Shown here piece after piece: positions 48,685-61,802 of a DNA stretch of 64,000 nucleotides. Numbering within the stretch: position 1 is the stretch's first letter; each line of letters opens with the position of its first letter. The notes beneath the pieces are model-generated. The model ran no database searches, was not told the DNA's origin, and worked only from the letters and a program-made list of their open reading frames with translations. Origin of the DNA: Octopus vulgaris (taxonomy: Eukaryota); assembly GCA_951406725.2 (NCBI GenBank), contig OX597822.1, positions 47,988,001 through 48,052,000 of the forward strand, given 5' to 3'. Position numbers and translations under genes: made by a program.

Positions 48685-50577
48685 GTAATCAAGGATTTTT
48701 TTTTTTATATTCCAAACTTTTATTCTCCCAAACAGTTGAAGGAATCCAGGGTTTAGGGAGACCCATGAAGACAGTGGATGAGGTGGTGAAGCATGAATTT
48801 GAATGTTGGGTCTCATAGAGGCAATGACAAAAGACTGAGACCTCTGGAGGTATGCTGTGACTGAGAAGACCTGGCAAATAAAGTGAGTTCACAGCTGTAA
48901 CCTACACCAGTGTCGCATAACCAGCCCACTCAAAAGTACCTTGGATCGTAGGGTGACATTCCATGCTTGAGGAGACCTATTGAGTCAAGTACATTAACAT
49001 CAACAGCAATATCAAAATCAAATCAAATGGAAATTGTAGTTGTGAACCTTGTGTTGGTAGCATGTAAAAAGCACCATCTGAATGTGGCCGATGCCAGTGC
49101 CACTTTGACTAACTTCCGTGTCGGTGGCGTGTAAAAAGCACTATCCGATTGTGGTCGATGCTAACTCCCATGGCCCCTGTGCCAGTGGCACGTAAAAAGC
49201 ACCCACTACACTCTCGGAGTGGTTGGCATTAGGAAGGACATCCAGCTGTTGAAACTATGCCAGATCAGATTGGAGCCTGGTGCAGCCTCCTGGCTTCTCA
49301 GACCCCAGTCGAACCATCCAACCCATTGCGTGCATGGAAAATGGATGTTAAACGATAATGATGAGGGTGTTCAAAAAGTCTCTCTGCAGTGAACTTTTTG
49401 CACCCTGCACATGTGCAACTTGGCTAAAACAGTGTGGGTGGCTTGGTGTCAGCCATTCTCCCTCAGTCATTGTGTACCCTACAGCGTGTCGACATGCGTA
49501 TGTTCTTAGTTGAATGAGTGTTTCAAACTGGAAACAAATACGCAGATACTGTTGAACAAGTTCAGTGAAATTTTTCCAAATATAGTTGTTCCACATTGTG
49601 ACATTGTGCAGGATTTGATAAGAAAATTTAGAAACACAAGCTCAGTGGAAGATGCAGCAAGAAGCAGTAGGCCTATTGTTCTTTCAGATGAAACACTCTC
49701 CAATTTCTTTTTTGCTATGGCTTCATCAAAGGAAAGCAGGCCCCACCCATGACCTCTGTAAGAGGTCAGCAACTGATGAGAGAGAGGGAGGCAGAGATGA
49801 CCACTTATAGGTTGATGCTAAACTACAGTGGGAGGAAACCCCACCCCACCTCTCTATCCTCACCTTTCCCTCTACCCTTGTCTTTCTCTCCGTCCTCTTC
49901 AGAAGAAATTTGAAGAAGCCCGTGACAGTTTGACTGAAGAAGAAACTGCCATGTAAACCTCGCCACTTTTGTTGTAGCCACCAGACAAAAGAGAACTGTC
50001 TTTCCTCCCCAGCTAAATAAACATGATAGGGCAGTCTTCATCAAGGACTTGGTTGATAACCAAATTCAGTTGAAATTCCATAATTTTTACTGTAAGCAGA
50101 TGTCTTAGAAATGTGCAGTTTTGGCCATTTTCATCCATCATAGGAAGTGTCAAATATTTTGTGAATTACTCAATTATTTAATGACAATAATGGTTTCTGA
50201 TTTAGGCACAAGGCCATCAATTTTGAGAGGAGAGTATTAGTCTGTGTCATTGCCCCCAGTACTTGGCTGGATAATAATAATAATAATCCTTTCTACTATA
50301 GGCACAAGGCCTGAAATTTCTGGGGAGGGGGCGCCAGTTGATTTGATTGACCCTAGTACGCAACTGGTACTTAATTTATCGACCCCAAAAGGATGAAAAG
50401 CAAAGTCGACCTCGGCGGAATTTGAACTCAGAATATAGTGAGGGGCGAAATACCGCTAAGCACTTCGTCCAGCGTGCTAACGTTTCTGCTAGCTCGCTGC
50501 CATTAATAATAATAATAATAATAATAACAACAACAATAATAATAGTAATAATAAAAAAATTGTTTCTAGTATTGTTT

Positions 50578-51174
50578 CTAGACAACAGGGCAGAAAGTGA
50601 TAAGTGCAGAATCTGTGGACAAAACGGTGAAACTGTATGGCATATTACCAGCCAATGTATGCCACTAGCCCAGAAGGAATGTAAAAGATGCCACGACAAT
50701 ATAGCCAGGCTTGTTCATTGGGCACTTAGCAACAAGTATGACCTTATCAGAGCAAAAAATTGATATGACCACAAACCTGAAGGCATCATTGAAAATAGAA
50801 ATACAAAGATCCTATGGGATTTTATGATTCAGTGCAACCATGAGATGGAGAATAGGAAGCCAGATATAGTCTTAATTGAGAAAGAAAACAAACTATGCTG
50901 GATCATAGATAAAGCATGCCCAGCTGACAACAATGTATGCGATAAGGAAGAAAGAAAAGTCGAGAGGTATGAGAGGTTAGCTTAGAAAGTTAAGCAGTTG
51001 TGATCGATGAAAAAGGTAGCAGTATTACCAATAATTGTCGGAGCCCTGGGAACAGTGAGCAAAAATCTCAAGAAATACGTGGAACAAATAGGAGCTGCAA
51101 TAAGGGTGGAGCACTTGCAGAAAACAGCACTGCTTGGAACCGGTTGAATACTCCGGAAGGTGCTCGAAAAATAA
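50578..51174 (+). mobile_element. R4/Dong-clade LINE 3' fragment with CCHC knuckle and restriction-like endonuclease
   Basis: KCRICGQNGETVWHITSQC...HDNIARLVHW, RKPDIVL, ID.ACP, EERKVERYE; preceded by (TAA)n. Confidence 0.8.
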
Positions 51175-51356
51175 GGGGGATGGGGCGGGGGGCTAGTTGA
51201 TTACATTGACCCCACAACATAGCTGGTACTTATTTAATGAACCTTGGCAGAATTTGAACTTAGACTGTTAAGATGGATGAAATACTGCTAAGTATTTTGT
51301 CTGGCATGCTAATGGTTCTTCCAGCTTGCCTCCTTGGCAATAATTATAATAATAAA

Positions 51357-51733
51357 AAGAGTACTCGGAGAGAGCAAACCTCCACCAAGGCAACACCAAT
51401 GTCTTTTCAACGATTAGCCAGAGATGATTTTTAAAATGAGAATACCTGAAATGAACACAACTGCTCTCACAAACGAGAATACTAAAATGAACCCGACCAC
51501 TCTCAAAATTTAAGTAAAAAAAAAAAAAAAAATGGAAAAATAATCCAGACTCCTTGCCCAGTACTGGATTGACCCTAAAATCTAATCAGTTTGTGCCAGT
51601 CACGAGGCAAACATCCCTGAAAGTTTCATCCGAATCCATCCAGCAGTTCTAGAGATATCTTGTCTATGGACAAACAAACAAACAAGCAAACACAACTGAA
51701 TACAATTCCTCCGCCTTCAAGAAGGCGGAGGTA
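51357..51733. mobile_element. Helentron/DINE-like non-autonomous element
   Basis: Terminal hairpin CCTCCGCCTTC-AA-GAAGGCGGAGG, subterminal CCTCCACCAAGG, (CAAA)n tract; reverse copy at ~2300-2578. Confidence 0.5.
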
Positions 51734-52437
51734 ATGATAGCAGTACCAGGCAGTGGCTCTCATGGCTTCTGATCTTAACTGATTGGAAGTGTTATCATGC
51801 ACATTGTTTTGTGTTGGTATAAAAGATGGGCTACAGCAAATATTCTGCTCAAGACCACAGATTTGCTTGTCAGTTGTTTGACCATAACCAGTTGAGCATG
51901 TCCCTTAGTGGTTGACAATATGTGTATCTCTGATCACGAGCAGAAGTAGTGGGGGAGCATCATAACCATGTGTTAAGAGGAATTCTTTGGGGTTTGGATA
52001 ATTCACCTCTGGAAATATGGATGTTTTATTCAACATCCTTAAACAACCCTTATTCAGGGACCTTTTGAGTGGGATGGGCTACTTGACCTGAAGAAAATTC
52101 TAACTGGGCTCCACCTGCAAGGTCATGCACTATTTATCTTGATATGGGATCACCATGTCGCGCACATATGGTTGTGATGCATGTGCCTAGTGTACCCTTA
52201 TCAGACTGGTAGTCATGATGGGTATACTGGGCTTCATATATTTATATCCCAGTGTCACTTTGATGGCATGCACTGCACTCTCACTCAGTAATCATAATTG
52301 TTTCTACTATTAATTGTAATTGCTTCTAGAATATAAAAGAATTGGAAGAAATACTGCAAAGCAGTTTGAAGGCATTATTGATTCTGCCAGCTCACAGCCA
52401 ATCATAATGATTTTGTTGTTACTTTCTCTTGTATCAG

Positions 52438-52509
52438 GTCACAAAAAGTCATTTGGGAAACTACCTGCAGCATTTAGCCGTGTATTTTCAGAAAAAGATC
52501 TCGATAATG
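52438..52509 (+). CDS. DDX23: Candidate DDX23 cassette exon (72 nt; alternative in-frame acceptors give 39 nt or an 18-nt microexon)
   Basis: Pyrimidine tract plus tcag acceptor and a strong G|gtaagt donor. Phase 1/1 and stop-free: (G)HKKSFGKLPAAFSRVFSEKDLDN(G). Confidence 0.5.
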
Positions 52510-52964
52510 GTAAGTGTTCTATGATTTTTTAAATTGCCTTTCTCCACCTTCACCCCCCCACTCCCATTGTCATTTTACTACTCAGAGTGTTGCTACATTT
52601 AGCTTTGCAGTTGGCTCAGGTGTGGTTTACTCTTCCCATTTGCAATGTTGGAGCTGCTTCTTTCTTATTAAGTAATCTAACTGTAGCTAACCTTTCATGA
52701 CTGCCTAATGAAATACTCTGTTTACCATCATCTTCATGTTGGTATGGGTTGTATGGTTTGACCTGCCAGAGGACTGTGCTAAGCTCCACTGTCCGTATAT
52801 ATGATTGGATGCCATTTCACAAAGAGTGCACTTGGTACTTTTTATGTGGCACTGACACTAGTGATGTCACCAATTGACCTGCAAGACAAGACCCCTCAAC
52901 TGAGATGGATGTAGTATTAGTATTATGTACTGGTTAATTTTAAGCATCCGGGGAGTGTCATGTA

Positions 52965-53165
52965 AAAGCATCTGTGTGACATTATTTAGGCATCATGTAA
53001 AAGTGTCTATGTGGTGCCATGTAAAAGCACCTGTGGAGTAGCAGGTAAAAGCATCCATGCAGTGCCACATACAAGCACCCATGTGGTGCCATGTAAAAGC
53101 ACCCATGAGGTGTCAGGTAAGAGCATCCATGTGGTACCATGTGAAAGTGCTCATGTGATGCCACG
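52965..53165. repeat. Degenerate ~24-bp tandem repeat derived from the family C subrepeat
   Basis: GTGCCATGTAAAAGCACCCATGTG-like units. Confidence 0.75.
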
Positions 53166-53794
53166 GAGAAAGAGTCCAGCCCTCTCTGTAAAGTGGTTGG
53201 CATTAGGAAGGGCATCCAACTTGAAACCAAGCCAAATCAGACTGGAGTCTGGTGCAGTCCCCACTGGTTTGTCAGTTCTGGTCACACTGTCCAACCCATG
53301 CCAGCATGGACGACAGACATTAAATAGTGATGATGAAATTTGGAAAGATTTAGTAACTAACATTGTCACTTTTAATCCTTTCTATTATAAGCACAAGGCC
53401 TGAAATTTGGGAAAGGAGGACAGTTGATTAAATCGACCCTAGTATGCAACTGGTACTTCATTTATCGACCCTGAAAGGACGAAAAGTAGAGTCGACCTTG
53501 GTGGAATTTGAACTCAGAACGTAGCGATGGGTGAAATACCGCTAAGCATTTCGTCCAGCGTGCTAATGATTCTGCTAGCTTTCCACCTTCAACATAAGAT
53601 TCTGCTGTTGCTTGTTTCAGTCATTGCCCTGTGGCCATACTGGGGCACTACCTTGAAGGGTTTAGTCATTCAAATTAACCCCAGAAGTTATTTTATTCTC
53701 TTGCTTTCTTTTTTTTAAAAATTTTTTTAACCAAAACTGTTAAGTTATGGGGATATAAACAAACCATCATCAGTTATTAAGTGGTATGAGACAA

Positions 53795-53830
<36 letters not shown>

Positions 53831-53889
53831 ACACACACACATTGCCTGCACTAAACTTATTAAAAGCAAAACACAGATATGAAATTATC

Positions 53890-54215
53890 TTAGACCATAT
53901 GATTAATTATGTAAATCTCTTATTCTTTTATGATTTGAATTTATAAAGTATCAGATATCATAATTTAGCAGATATAATATATCGGATATCATGAAAATAT
54001 CAAATATCATTGTGTATCAGCTATCATAATTTATCAGATATATCAGATATATGAAGATGTCAAATATCATTGTGTATCAGATATCATAATTTATCAGGTA
54101 TAATATATCGGATATCATGATATCGAATATCATTGTGTATCAGATATCATAATTTATCAGATATAATATATTGGATATCATGAAGATATCAAATATAGTG
54201 TATCAGATGTCATAA
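53890..54215. repeat. GATATC/TATCAG-rich minisatellite, ~60-65-bp period
   Basis: Repeated ATATCAAATATCATTGTGTATCAGATATCATAATTTATCAGATAT units. Confidence 0.85.
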
Positions 54216-54237
54216 AGTTCAAGTATTTTCTTTGTAG

Positions 54238-54353
54238 GCCGTGAAAAATATGACAAGGACAACAAACGGCGAGAACGCAAGGACAAAGAAGAAGAAGACC
54301 GCAATAAATTGCTGGACATGAAGGACAAAGAGAAAGAAGTGGAGGCTATTAAG
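54238..54353 (+). CDS. DDX23: DDX23 coding exon 5
   Basis: (G)REKYDKDNKRRERKDKEEEDRNKLLDMKDKEKEVEAIK. tttgtag acceptor, gtgagt donor. Confidence 0.92.
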
Positions 54354-55144
54354 GTGAGTCAGAATAACAAGGGATCGCTGATTCGGTAAATACCCAGTTA
54401 TCTTATATTTATTTCTTGATGCAGCTTAATGGGTGAAATCTTCAGTTTTATGTCATTTTGATTCTGTAGAATGGTGGAGTCTGATTGACATTTGTTTGTT
54501 TTTTTTGTGGTTCAGTTATAGGAAGAAGGTGGAATGAAATGATTGAATGCAACTGTTTCAGTGTTGATGATTAGGCATGCCTGACTGGGTATTGAACCTG
54601 GTTTGGCAACAGTGATTTTTCATGCTGGAAGCAAGCACAAACACACACATATGCATGCATGTGCATGAAGAAATATACGCATACAGATAGATCAATAGAA
54701 AGACATTGAAATTTATTAATCGAATTTGATTAGTAAACCAATCAAAATCGTTGATGTGGCTGATGACACTACCGCCTGATTGGCACTTGTGCCAGTGGAA
54801 TGTTAAAAGCATATCTGTGCGTGATCGTTGCCAGGGCCATAGATTGGCTCCCATGTCGGTGACATGTTAAAAGCAACATCCGAGTATGGTCGTTGCCAGT
54901 GACACCGGACTGGCTCTCGTGCAGGTAGCACATAAAAAACACCTTTTGAGTGTGGTCAATGCCAGTTCAACCTCATGCCAGTGGCATGTTAAAGCACCCA
55001 CTACACTCTTGGAGTTGTTGGCTTTAGGAAGGGCATCCAGCTGTAGAAACTTTGCCAAATCAGTTGAAGCCTGGTGCAGCCTTCTGGCTCACCAGTCCTC
55101 AGTCAAACTGTCTAACCCATGCCAATATGGTAAGCGGACGTTAA

Positions 55145-55175
<31 letters not shown>

Positions 55176-56452
55176 CACAAATACTTTCGTTTTCCATCAT
55201 ATACATGGTTCCAGGTTCAGTCCCACTGCATGGCACCTTGGGAAAGTGTCTTCTACTATAGCCTTGGGCTGACCAAAGCCTTTTGAGTGGATTTCGTAGA
55301 TGGAAACTGAAAGAAGCCCATTATGTAGTTTTCTGCTTAGCCAGCTCTTGTCAAACATTTTTAACGTATGCCAGCATGGAAAATGGGCAATAAATGATGA
55401 TAATTTACAAACACACACACACACATACGTGTGTGTATGTCTTTGTGTCTGTTTGTCCACCACCATCACCACCACTTGACAACTGATGTTGGTGTGTTTA
55501 TGTCCCTGTAACTAAGTAGTTTGGCTTAAAAAAGAAGTACTGCTGTTAATTTGTTCAACTAAAACTTCTGAAGGTGGTGCCCCAGCATGGCTACAATCAA
55601 ATGACTGAAGCAAGTAAAAGATAAAAAATAAAGTGAAGCAGAAAGTTGAAAGAAGTTTTGTTGTTGTTTTGTCCGTCCATGATGTCTTCCACTTTCTATA
55701 AAGGGACCAGATGTTTATACCTGTTTGTTATACACAATGTCACCTAAAATATAGTGTCTTGTGAGTTATTGGTGACCTTACTTGTACTGGGGCCACATAA
55801 AAAGCACCTAGTACACTCTGTGATCATCATCATCATCATCATCATGTGGTTGGCATTAGGAAGGGCATAGAAACCATACCAGAGCAGGCACTGGAACTTG
55901 GTGCAGTCCTCTGGTTCATTGGCTCCTGTCAAACTGTCCAACTCATGCCAGCATGGAAAAAGGACGAACCCTTTGGTTACCATTATTTCTGTTGAGATGC
56001 TCTGTGTTTCTTTCACTTGATTTAAATATAACAAAGAATTTAGTAAAATAACTTAGTTATCATTAAGCTAGCGTTAGGAACATAAATCCTGACTAAGGTT
56101 TGGTAGAAGATTTTAATTCAAAACTTATGAGAACAAGACATTTGTACTACAGAGCCAGAGCCAGTTTCAGCCAAGTTGGTATTGAAAGGGTTAAATTAGT
56201 CATTTGTTGACCCTTTTGTATAGTATTGAAGCAAAGTACTGTTCAAACGCTGTAATTTCTTAAACATAATTACGATGTATGTTAAGCATTTATTGATGAA
56301 GGGCAAAAATACCCCAAAATTCCTAATTCATGGGAATTGAATTGTAGATTAATTATTTCTGATACATCTTCCTCTAATTTCCTTGGATTTCTGATTTTTA
56401 CCCTAAATGTTTATCTGTTCAACTGTTTATTTTATTTGTTGTGTGTTTGCAG

Positions 56453-56629
56453 GAGCGATACCTTGGAATTATTAAGAAACGGCGCCGAGTTCGACGTCTC
56501 AATGACAGAAAGTTTGTGTTTGACTGGGACGCTGGAGATGACACGTCCCAGGATTACAACCCCATCTACAAGGACAGGCATGCAGTGCAGTTCTTTGGCA
56601 GGGGCCATGTAGCTGGAATTGATCTCAAG
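56453..56629 (+). CDS. DDX23: DDX23 coding exon 6
   Basis: [40 protein letters not shown]...[11 protein letters not shown], a highly conserved Prp28 N-terminal segment. Confidence 0.95.
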
Positions 56630-56702
56630 GTTTTGCCACTCATTTCTTTTGACTTCTGTTTGTTTTATTTTTTTTGTTTTTGAATTTGGCTATTTTACAG
56701 TA

Positions 56703-56740
<38 letters not shown>

Positions 56741-57641
56741 ACACACACACACCTTTATATATTGTGCTTTAAACTGCATCTGCAAGTGGGAACCCAGTTT
56801 GGGAGTTCAAATGTTTTGAGTTACTTTTGTTTCCAGGTCTACTCTGATTCAGAGTGGTAGTTCCTGTCAGGGTCCCAGTTATGGAACAAACTCAAAGTAC
56901 AAAACCTCAGTGCCTTATGAGTGCCTTAGGCCAGGAAAAGGGTAGGGGAGTCAACCTTGATAAGATATCAAGGAGTGAAGTCCTTTAGGCAGTCTGGTGC
57001 CCTCTTTGACACACTTCTGGCAACTTAAGGGTAGGTGGAACTTTCTAGACCTGGAGAAAGTCACTCCAATGTAAAACCTACAGCTGGTCGGTCACAGCAG
57101 CTATCTTAGCTCACTGAGCCACTTGCGGCCACTCCTCTAAGCCTAAAGAGTGAGATCAGATTGAATGGATTGATTAAAACTACTAAATGCAGTCAAGAAG
57201 AAAAACCCTGCAGCAATGAAGACAAGATGCAAACGACAGGGTAGTTAGTTGCATGCAGGTTTTGCTGCAATTCTTCTTGATCTTCAGACATGAAGAACTG
57301 CTATCATGTATCTGTACATGCGTGCGTGTGTATGTTGGCATCATGTGACAGTTGTTAAATATCGCTATCATTCAAGTGATGCTGATGATCACTCTTCTGT
57401 GAAAACATGTTTGGCTTTGGGGAAATTACCTTACTTGGAGACAAGTGAAGGTAGGTATCCAACTGTAGAGAATTCTACCTTAGCAAATTCTGTCTGACCC
57501 ATGCCAGCATAGAAAAGTAGATGTTAAAATGATGATGATGATCAGGTGTTGATGTGCTTGATCAATGTCTCTGTATGTGTGTCTCTCTCTTTCTTTCTTT
57601 CCTTTTTTACTGATGAGTTTTCACTGTTTTGCTATGTTTAG

Positions 57642-57721
57642 GCTCAGAAGAAGGACCAGTCCAAGTTTTATGGGGATCTCCTGGAAAGGAGGCGTACAGA
57701 AGCTGAGAAAGAACAAGAAAG
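57642..57721 (+). CDS. DDX23: DDX23 coding exon 7
   Basis: AQKKDQSKFYGDLLERRRTEAEKEQE(R). tttag acceptor, gtttgt donor. Confidence 0.92.
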
Positions 57722-58794
57722 GTTTGTCCCAGTCTCCTTAACTTAAAATGTGTGTATGTATACATACATAGATATATATTATGAACCCACCCTCTTCAAT
57801 CCTTGGTCAACTGCACAATATACACCTCCCTGTAACTTGGGTGGATGTCCCCTCACTTTCCATCACGTCTTCACTATCTTTCTTTCTCCCCCTCTTCTCT
57901 CTCTCTCTCCATTCCCACCTATGGTGGTCATTATTTCCCTTCTAATGCAAGACTCCTTTTTCTGTTTCTCAATACTACTTAGCTGAGGGGTCATATCTGG
58001 CAAGTTTCTTGGTGACCTCACCAATGCTGGTGCCACATAAAAAGCACCCAATACATTCTGTAAAGTGATTGGCATTAGGAAGGGCATCCAGCTGTAGAAA
58101 CCATGTCAAAGCAGACAGTAGTGCTTGGTACAGTCTTCTAACTTACCAGTACCTGTCAAACAGTCCAACACATGCCAGCATAGAAAATGGATCTTAAATA
58201 TTGAGGACACACACACACACACACATAAGCATGCACACACATGCACGCACACGTATGTGATATAACATGGCAGTTGTAAATGAGTCGCTGTATGACAAGA
58301 AGTGTCATTCATTTTTCAATATTTTGCAAGAAAATTTCTGGTTGTGGAGAAATATTACCTTGCTTGGAAAGAGGCAGGGGCATCCAGCCATAGAAAATCT
58401 GCCTCAATAAACTCCATCTGAGCCAGGCAAGCATGAAGAAGTGGATGTAAAAATAGGGATGATGATAATATGAATATATGTATGTGTTCATATATATATA
58501 TATATATATACACGCAAACATACATACGTACGTATGTATACCAAGAAAGGTTGTGAATCCAACCAACTAAGGGATAATATCTATCCAATATACTGCTGGT
58601 AGAATACTCAATTATTAATACACAAGTAATTTCCCATTGCATGGCAATTGCATTACTAAGTGTAATAAATGGGTGAGGGTAAAGAGTTATTTTACCCATA
58701 ATTTATAGAGCAATATGAAAATGGAGGCGATCAACTTATAGACATTATATTATGTCAGATGAATACCACCTATTGTTCCCTCCATTTTCTTATT

Positions 58795-58810
58795 GCTCTC
58801 TCTTTCTCTT

Positions 58811-58899
<89 letters not shown>

Positions 58900-58900
58900 G
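58795..58900. repeat. (CT)n(AT)n compound microsatellite
   Basis: Directly visible; similar compound tracts at 25058-25260 and 26169-26300. Confidence 0.95.
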
Positions 58901-59195
58901 TACTTATCCAATGTCAAGGCAAAGAGACACAAATACACACTCACACATATGCATACTTGTGTATGTGTGTGTGTGTGTATATATATATATATGGGCTTGG
59001 CTAGATTGGAGCAATCTCAAGTATAACCATTCAAATTGCATAGATAATCTGGAACTCGATTGAGGAAAGAAAACTCTGAATGACCTGTCCTTGTTTTTTC
59101 TTGTCCCTTTTTTTGTATCATCCAACTGTCTAGATGTTTTGCGTTCTTGTCCCATTTTCTATATTCCTTTATTTATATATATATATATACATATA

Positions 59196-59403
59196 CAGGT
59201 GGCCCAAAAGTAGGTTTACAGTTATTCAACTATCTCTTTTGCATTCATATATTAACAGTTTAAATCTTAATTATAAAAAATATGAAACCATTATTTTATA
59301 CCAATTTAGTTAATAGTAAGATAGAAATTTAAATGTAATAAAATATTTTAAAAGAAATTTAAAGTGCCTACATGATGACTGTAAACCTACTTTTGGGCCA
59401 CCC
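59196..59403. mobile_element. Tc1/mariner-like MITE in a (TA)n tract
   Basis: GGTGGCCCAAAAGTAGGTTTACAGT / ACTGTAAACCTACTTTTGGGCCACC TIRs. Confidence 0.85.
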
Positions 59404-59635
59404 TATATATATATATATATATACACACGATGGACATCTTTCAGTTTCCACCTACCAAATCCACTCTTTGGTCAGCTCGGGACTATAGTCAAAGACACTT
59501 ACTCAAGGTGCCACATAGTGGGACTGAACCCATAAACATGTAGTTGAGCTACCAAGTTCTTAACCATACAGCCATTCTGGTACCTATTGAACAACTACTT
59601 GTTTCATTGCTCTTATTTCCTATCTGATTATTCAG

Positions 59636-59861
59636 GAAACGTTTGAAGAATGTAGCAAAGAAAGAGGCAAAACAGAAGTGGGATGACCGACATTGGTCAG
59701 AGAAGGACTCGCAGCAGATGCAGGAACGTGATTGGCGTATATTCAAGGAAGATTACAACATCACTTGTAAAGGTGGTCGGATCCCACATCCAATTCGATT
59801 CTGGCAAGAATCAATATTGGCCAAAGAAATCCTGGATATCATTGAAAGTGTTGGCTACAAA
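59636..59861 (+). CDS. DDX23: DDX23 coding exon 8
   Basis: [23 protein letters not shown]...[26 protein letters not shown]...VGYK, leading into the Q motif. Confidence 0.95.
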
Positions 59862-59942
59862 GTAAGCCTTGTCTTCTTTCAGAACTGGCTTTTTTTCCTT
59901 TTTAATGAGGGGTGGGCATGTCAGTGGAATATGAGTGTAAAG

Positions 59943-61265
59943 CAGTGGTTCTCAAACTTTTTAATATCTGGGCCATATGATGTGTATGAGTGAAGACAGT
60001 TGCATCAAGAGATGCCAATCTTAAATGGTAGAGGGATGCCCTCGTTATCATTATGATTTATTAATATATTTAATTTGAAAAAGTTATTTACTGTGTGTAT
60101 TAATAATTTTGATTTTTGTTAGAGTATTTAGGAAAATATTTTATTTATAATGTACAAAAGATAGTTTTTTACATTTGACGGATATTTGTCCTCATCTTGT
60201 TTGCTGTTAACACAACGTTTCGGCTGATATACCCTCCAGCCTTCATCAGGTGTCTTGGCAAAATTTTGAACCTGGGTTCTCATTTCTAAGGGATTTTTTG
60301 ATGTACATAACGTACATAATTCCTCCTCTCTTAAATATAGAACTGAAAAGATAGTTTAATTAAAATAATAACGCTGGAAGTTATAGATTAAAATGGATAT
60401 TTTATTTTTTGATATGGCGTTATTTTTTTAGGGATCTGCACTAAAAAAAGTAAAACATAAGTCAACTGAAGAAACATTTATTGTATTTATAGAGGTAGAT
60501 TGTACGATGCCTGTGTATGAACAGTTATGCTGCATGGCAGTGAGACATGGGCTGTGATTGCTGAGGATAGGCAAAGGCATGAAAGAAATGAAGCCAGTAT
60601 GTTCCGTTGGATGGGTAATGTCAGTTTGCATATATGACAGAGTGTAAATGATTTGCGAGAAGAACTGGGTGTAGAAGGCATCTTGTAGTGTGCAAGAGAG
60701 AAGACTGAGCTGGTTTGGCCATGTGATGTGTATGGATGAAGACAGTTGCATCAAGATATGCCAATCTCAAATTGTAGAGGAAAATATGTGGAAGTGATAG
60801 ACCCAGGGAGACATGTGGCAAAGTGGTGAGAAAAGATCCACAGATATTGGGACTCACAGAGAGGATGACAGGACCAAGATTTCTGGCAGTTCGCTGAGAT
60901 ACATCAAGTTTCGGAAAAGCATGGCTGTCCTTGTATACTGCCTTGTCCCCTGCATCCCTCTCCAGCTGAGCATCCCTAATTGTGTGGTCTCGTGGGTACT
61001 GGTGCCACGTAAAAAGCCCCCATATCAGCACCCATGCTGGTGTTGTGTAAACGTACCCTGTATACCCTATAAAGTGGTTGGCATTAGGAAGAGCGTCCAG
61101 TTGTTGAAACCATGCTAAAATGGACATGAAACCTGGTCAGCTCCTGTGAAACTGTCCAACCTATGCCAGCATGGAAAATGGACGTTAGATGACGATGATG
61201 ATGATGTGGGAAGACTGTTGTGGGCTGCTGAAAGGATGCTTGAGGACGATGGTTGAGAACCACTG
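59943..61265. mobile_element. hAT non-autonomous element with nested RTE-like and Penelope-like fragments
   Basis: CAGTGGTTCTCAA / TTGAGAACCACTG TIRs with a perfect 8-bp TSD GTGTAAAG (59935-59942, 61266-61273). RTE RT remnant at ~60490-60900. Confidence 0.85.
60209..60254 (-). ncRNA. Minimal (Penelope-type) hammerhead-like motif
   Basis: Minus strand GACAC-CTGATGA-A-GGCTG-loop-CAGCC-GAAAC-GTT-GTGTT. Confidence 0.5.
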
Positions 61266-61547
61266 GTGTAAAGAAACATTGTTGGAAACCCTAAGGGTTA
61301 CTTATGTTCCCAACCCAATCCCTCCCCTGTTTTTCCTTTTATTTTTTGCTTGACACACCCTACAACCTTTGTCTTTGAGGACTGTTTGGCACCCCCATCC
61401 TCAGTCTTTGAAAAGTGTATGGCACCCCCATTCCCATGTATGCCATTTCTTTTTGTCCACAAATGTATATTGTGTTTGTTTTGTTGGTTTCTCTTTAAGC
61501 TGTATTTCCCTTCTAATTAGCATTAAAAAAAAATTTTTCTTTCATAG

Positions 61548-61802
<255 letters not shown>

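Noticed and set aside
49905-49956. Hammerhead candidate (CTGAAGA...GAAAC)
   Set aside because: No stem II between the core segments; only a simple hairpin can be drawn.
52965-53165. CRISPR-like repeat-spacer appearance
   Set aside because: Eukaryotic intron; degenerate tandem units without unique spacers; derived from a retroelement subrepeat; no cas genes.
57321-57347. Hammerhead candidate CTGATGA-TCAC...GTGA-AAAC
   Set aside because: Stem II consumes the G needed for GAAA, and there is no stem I or stem III.
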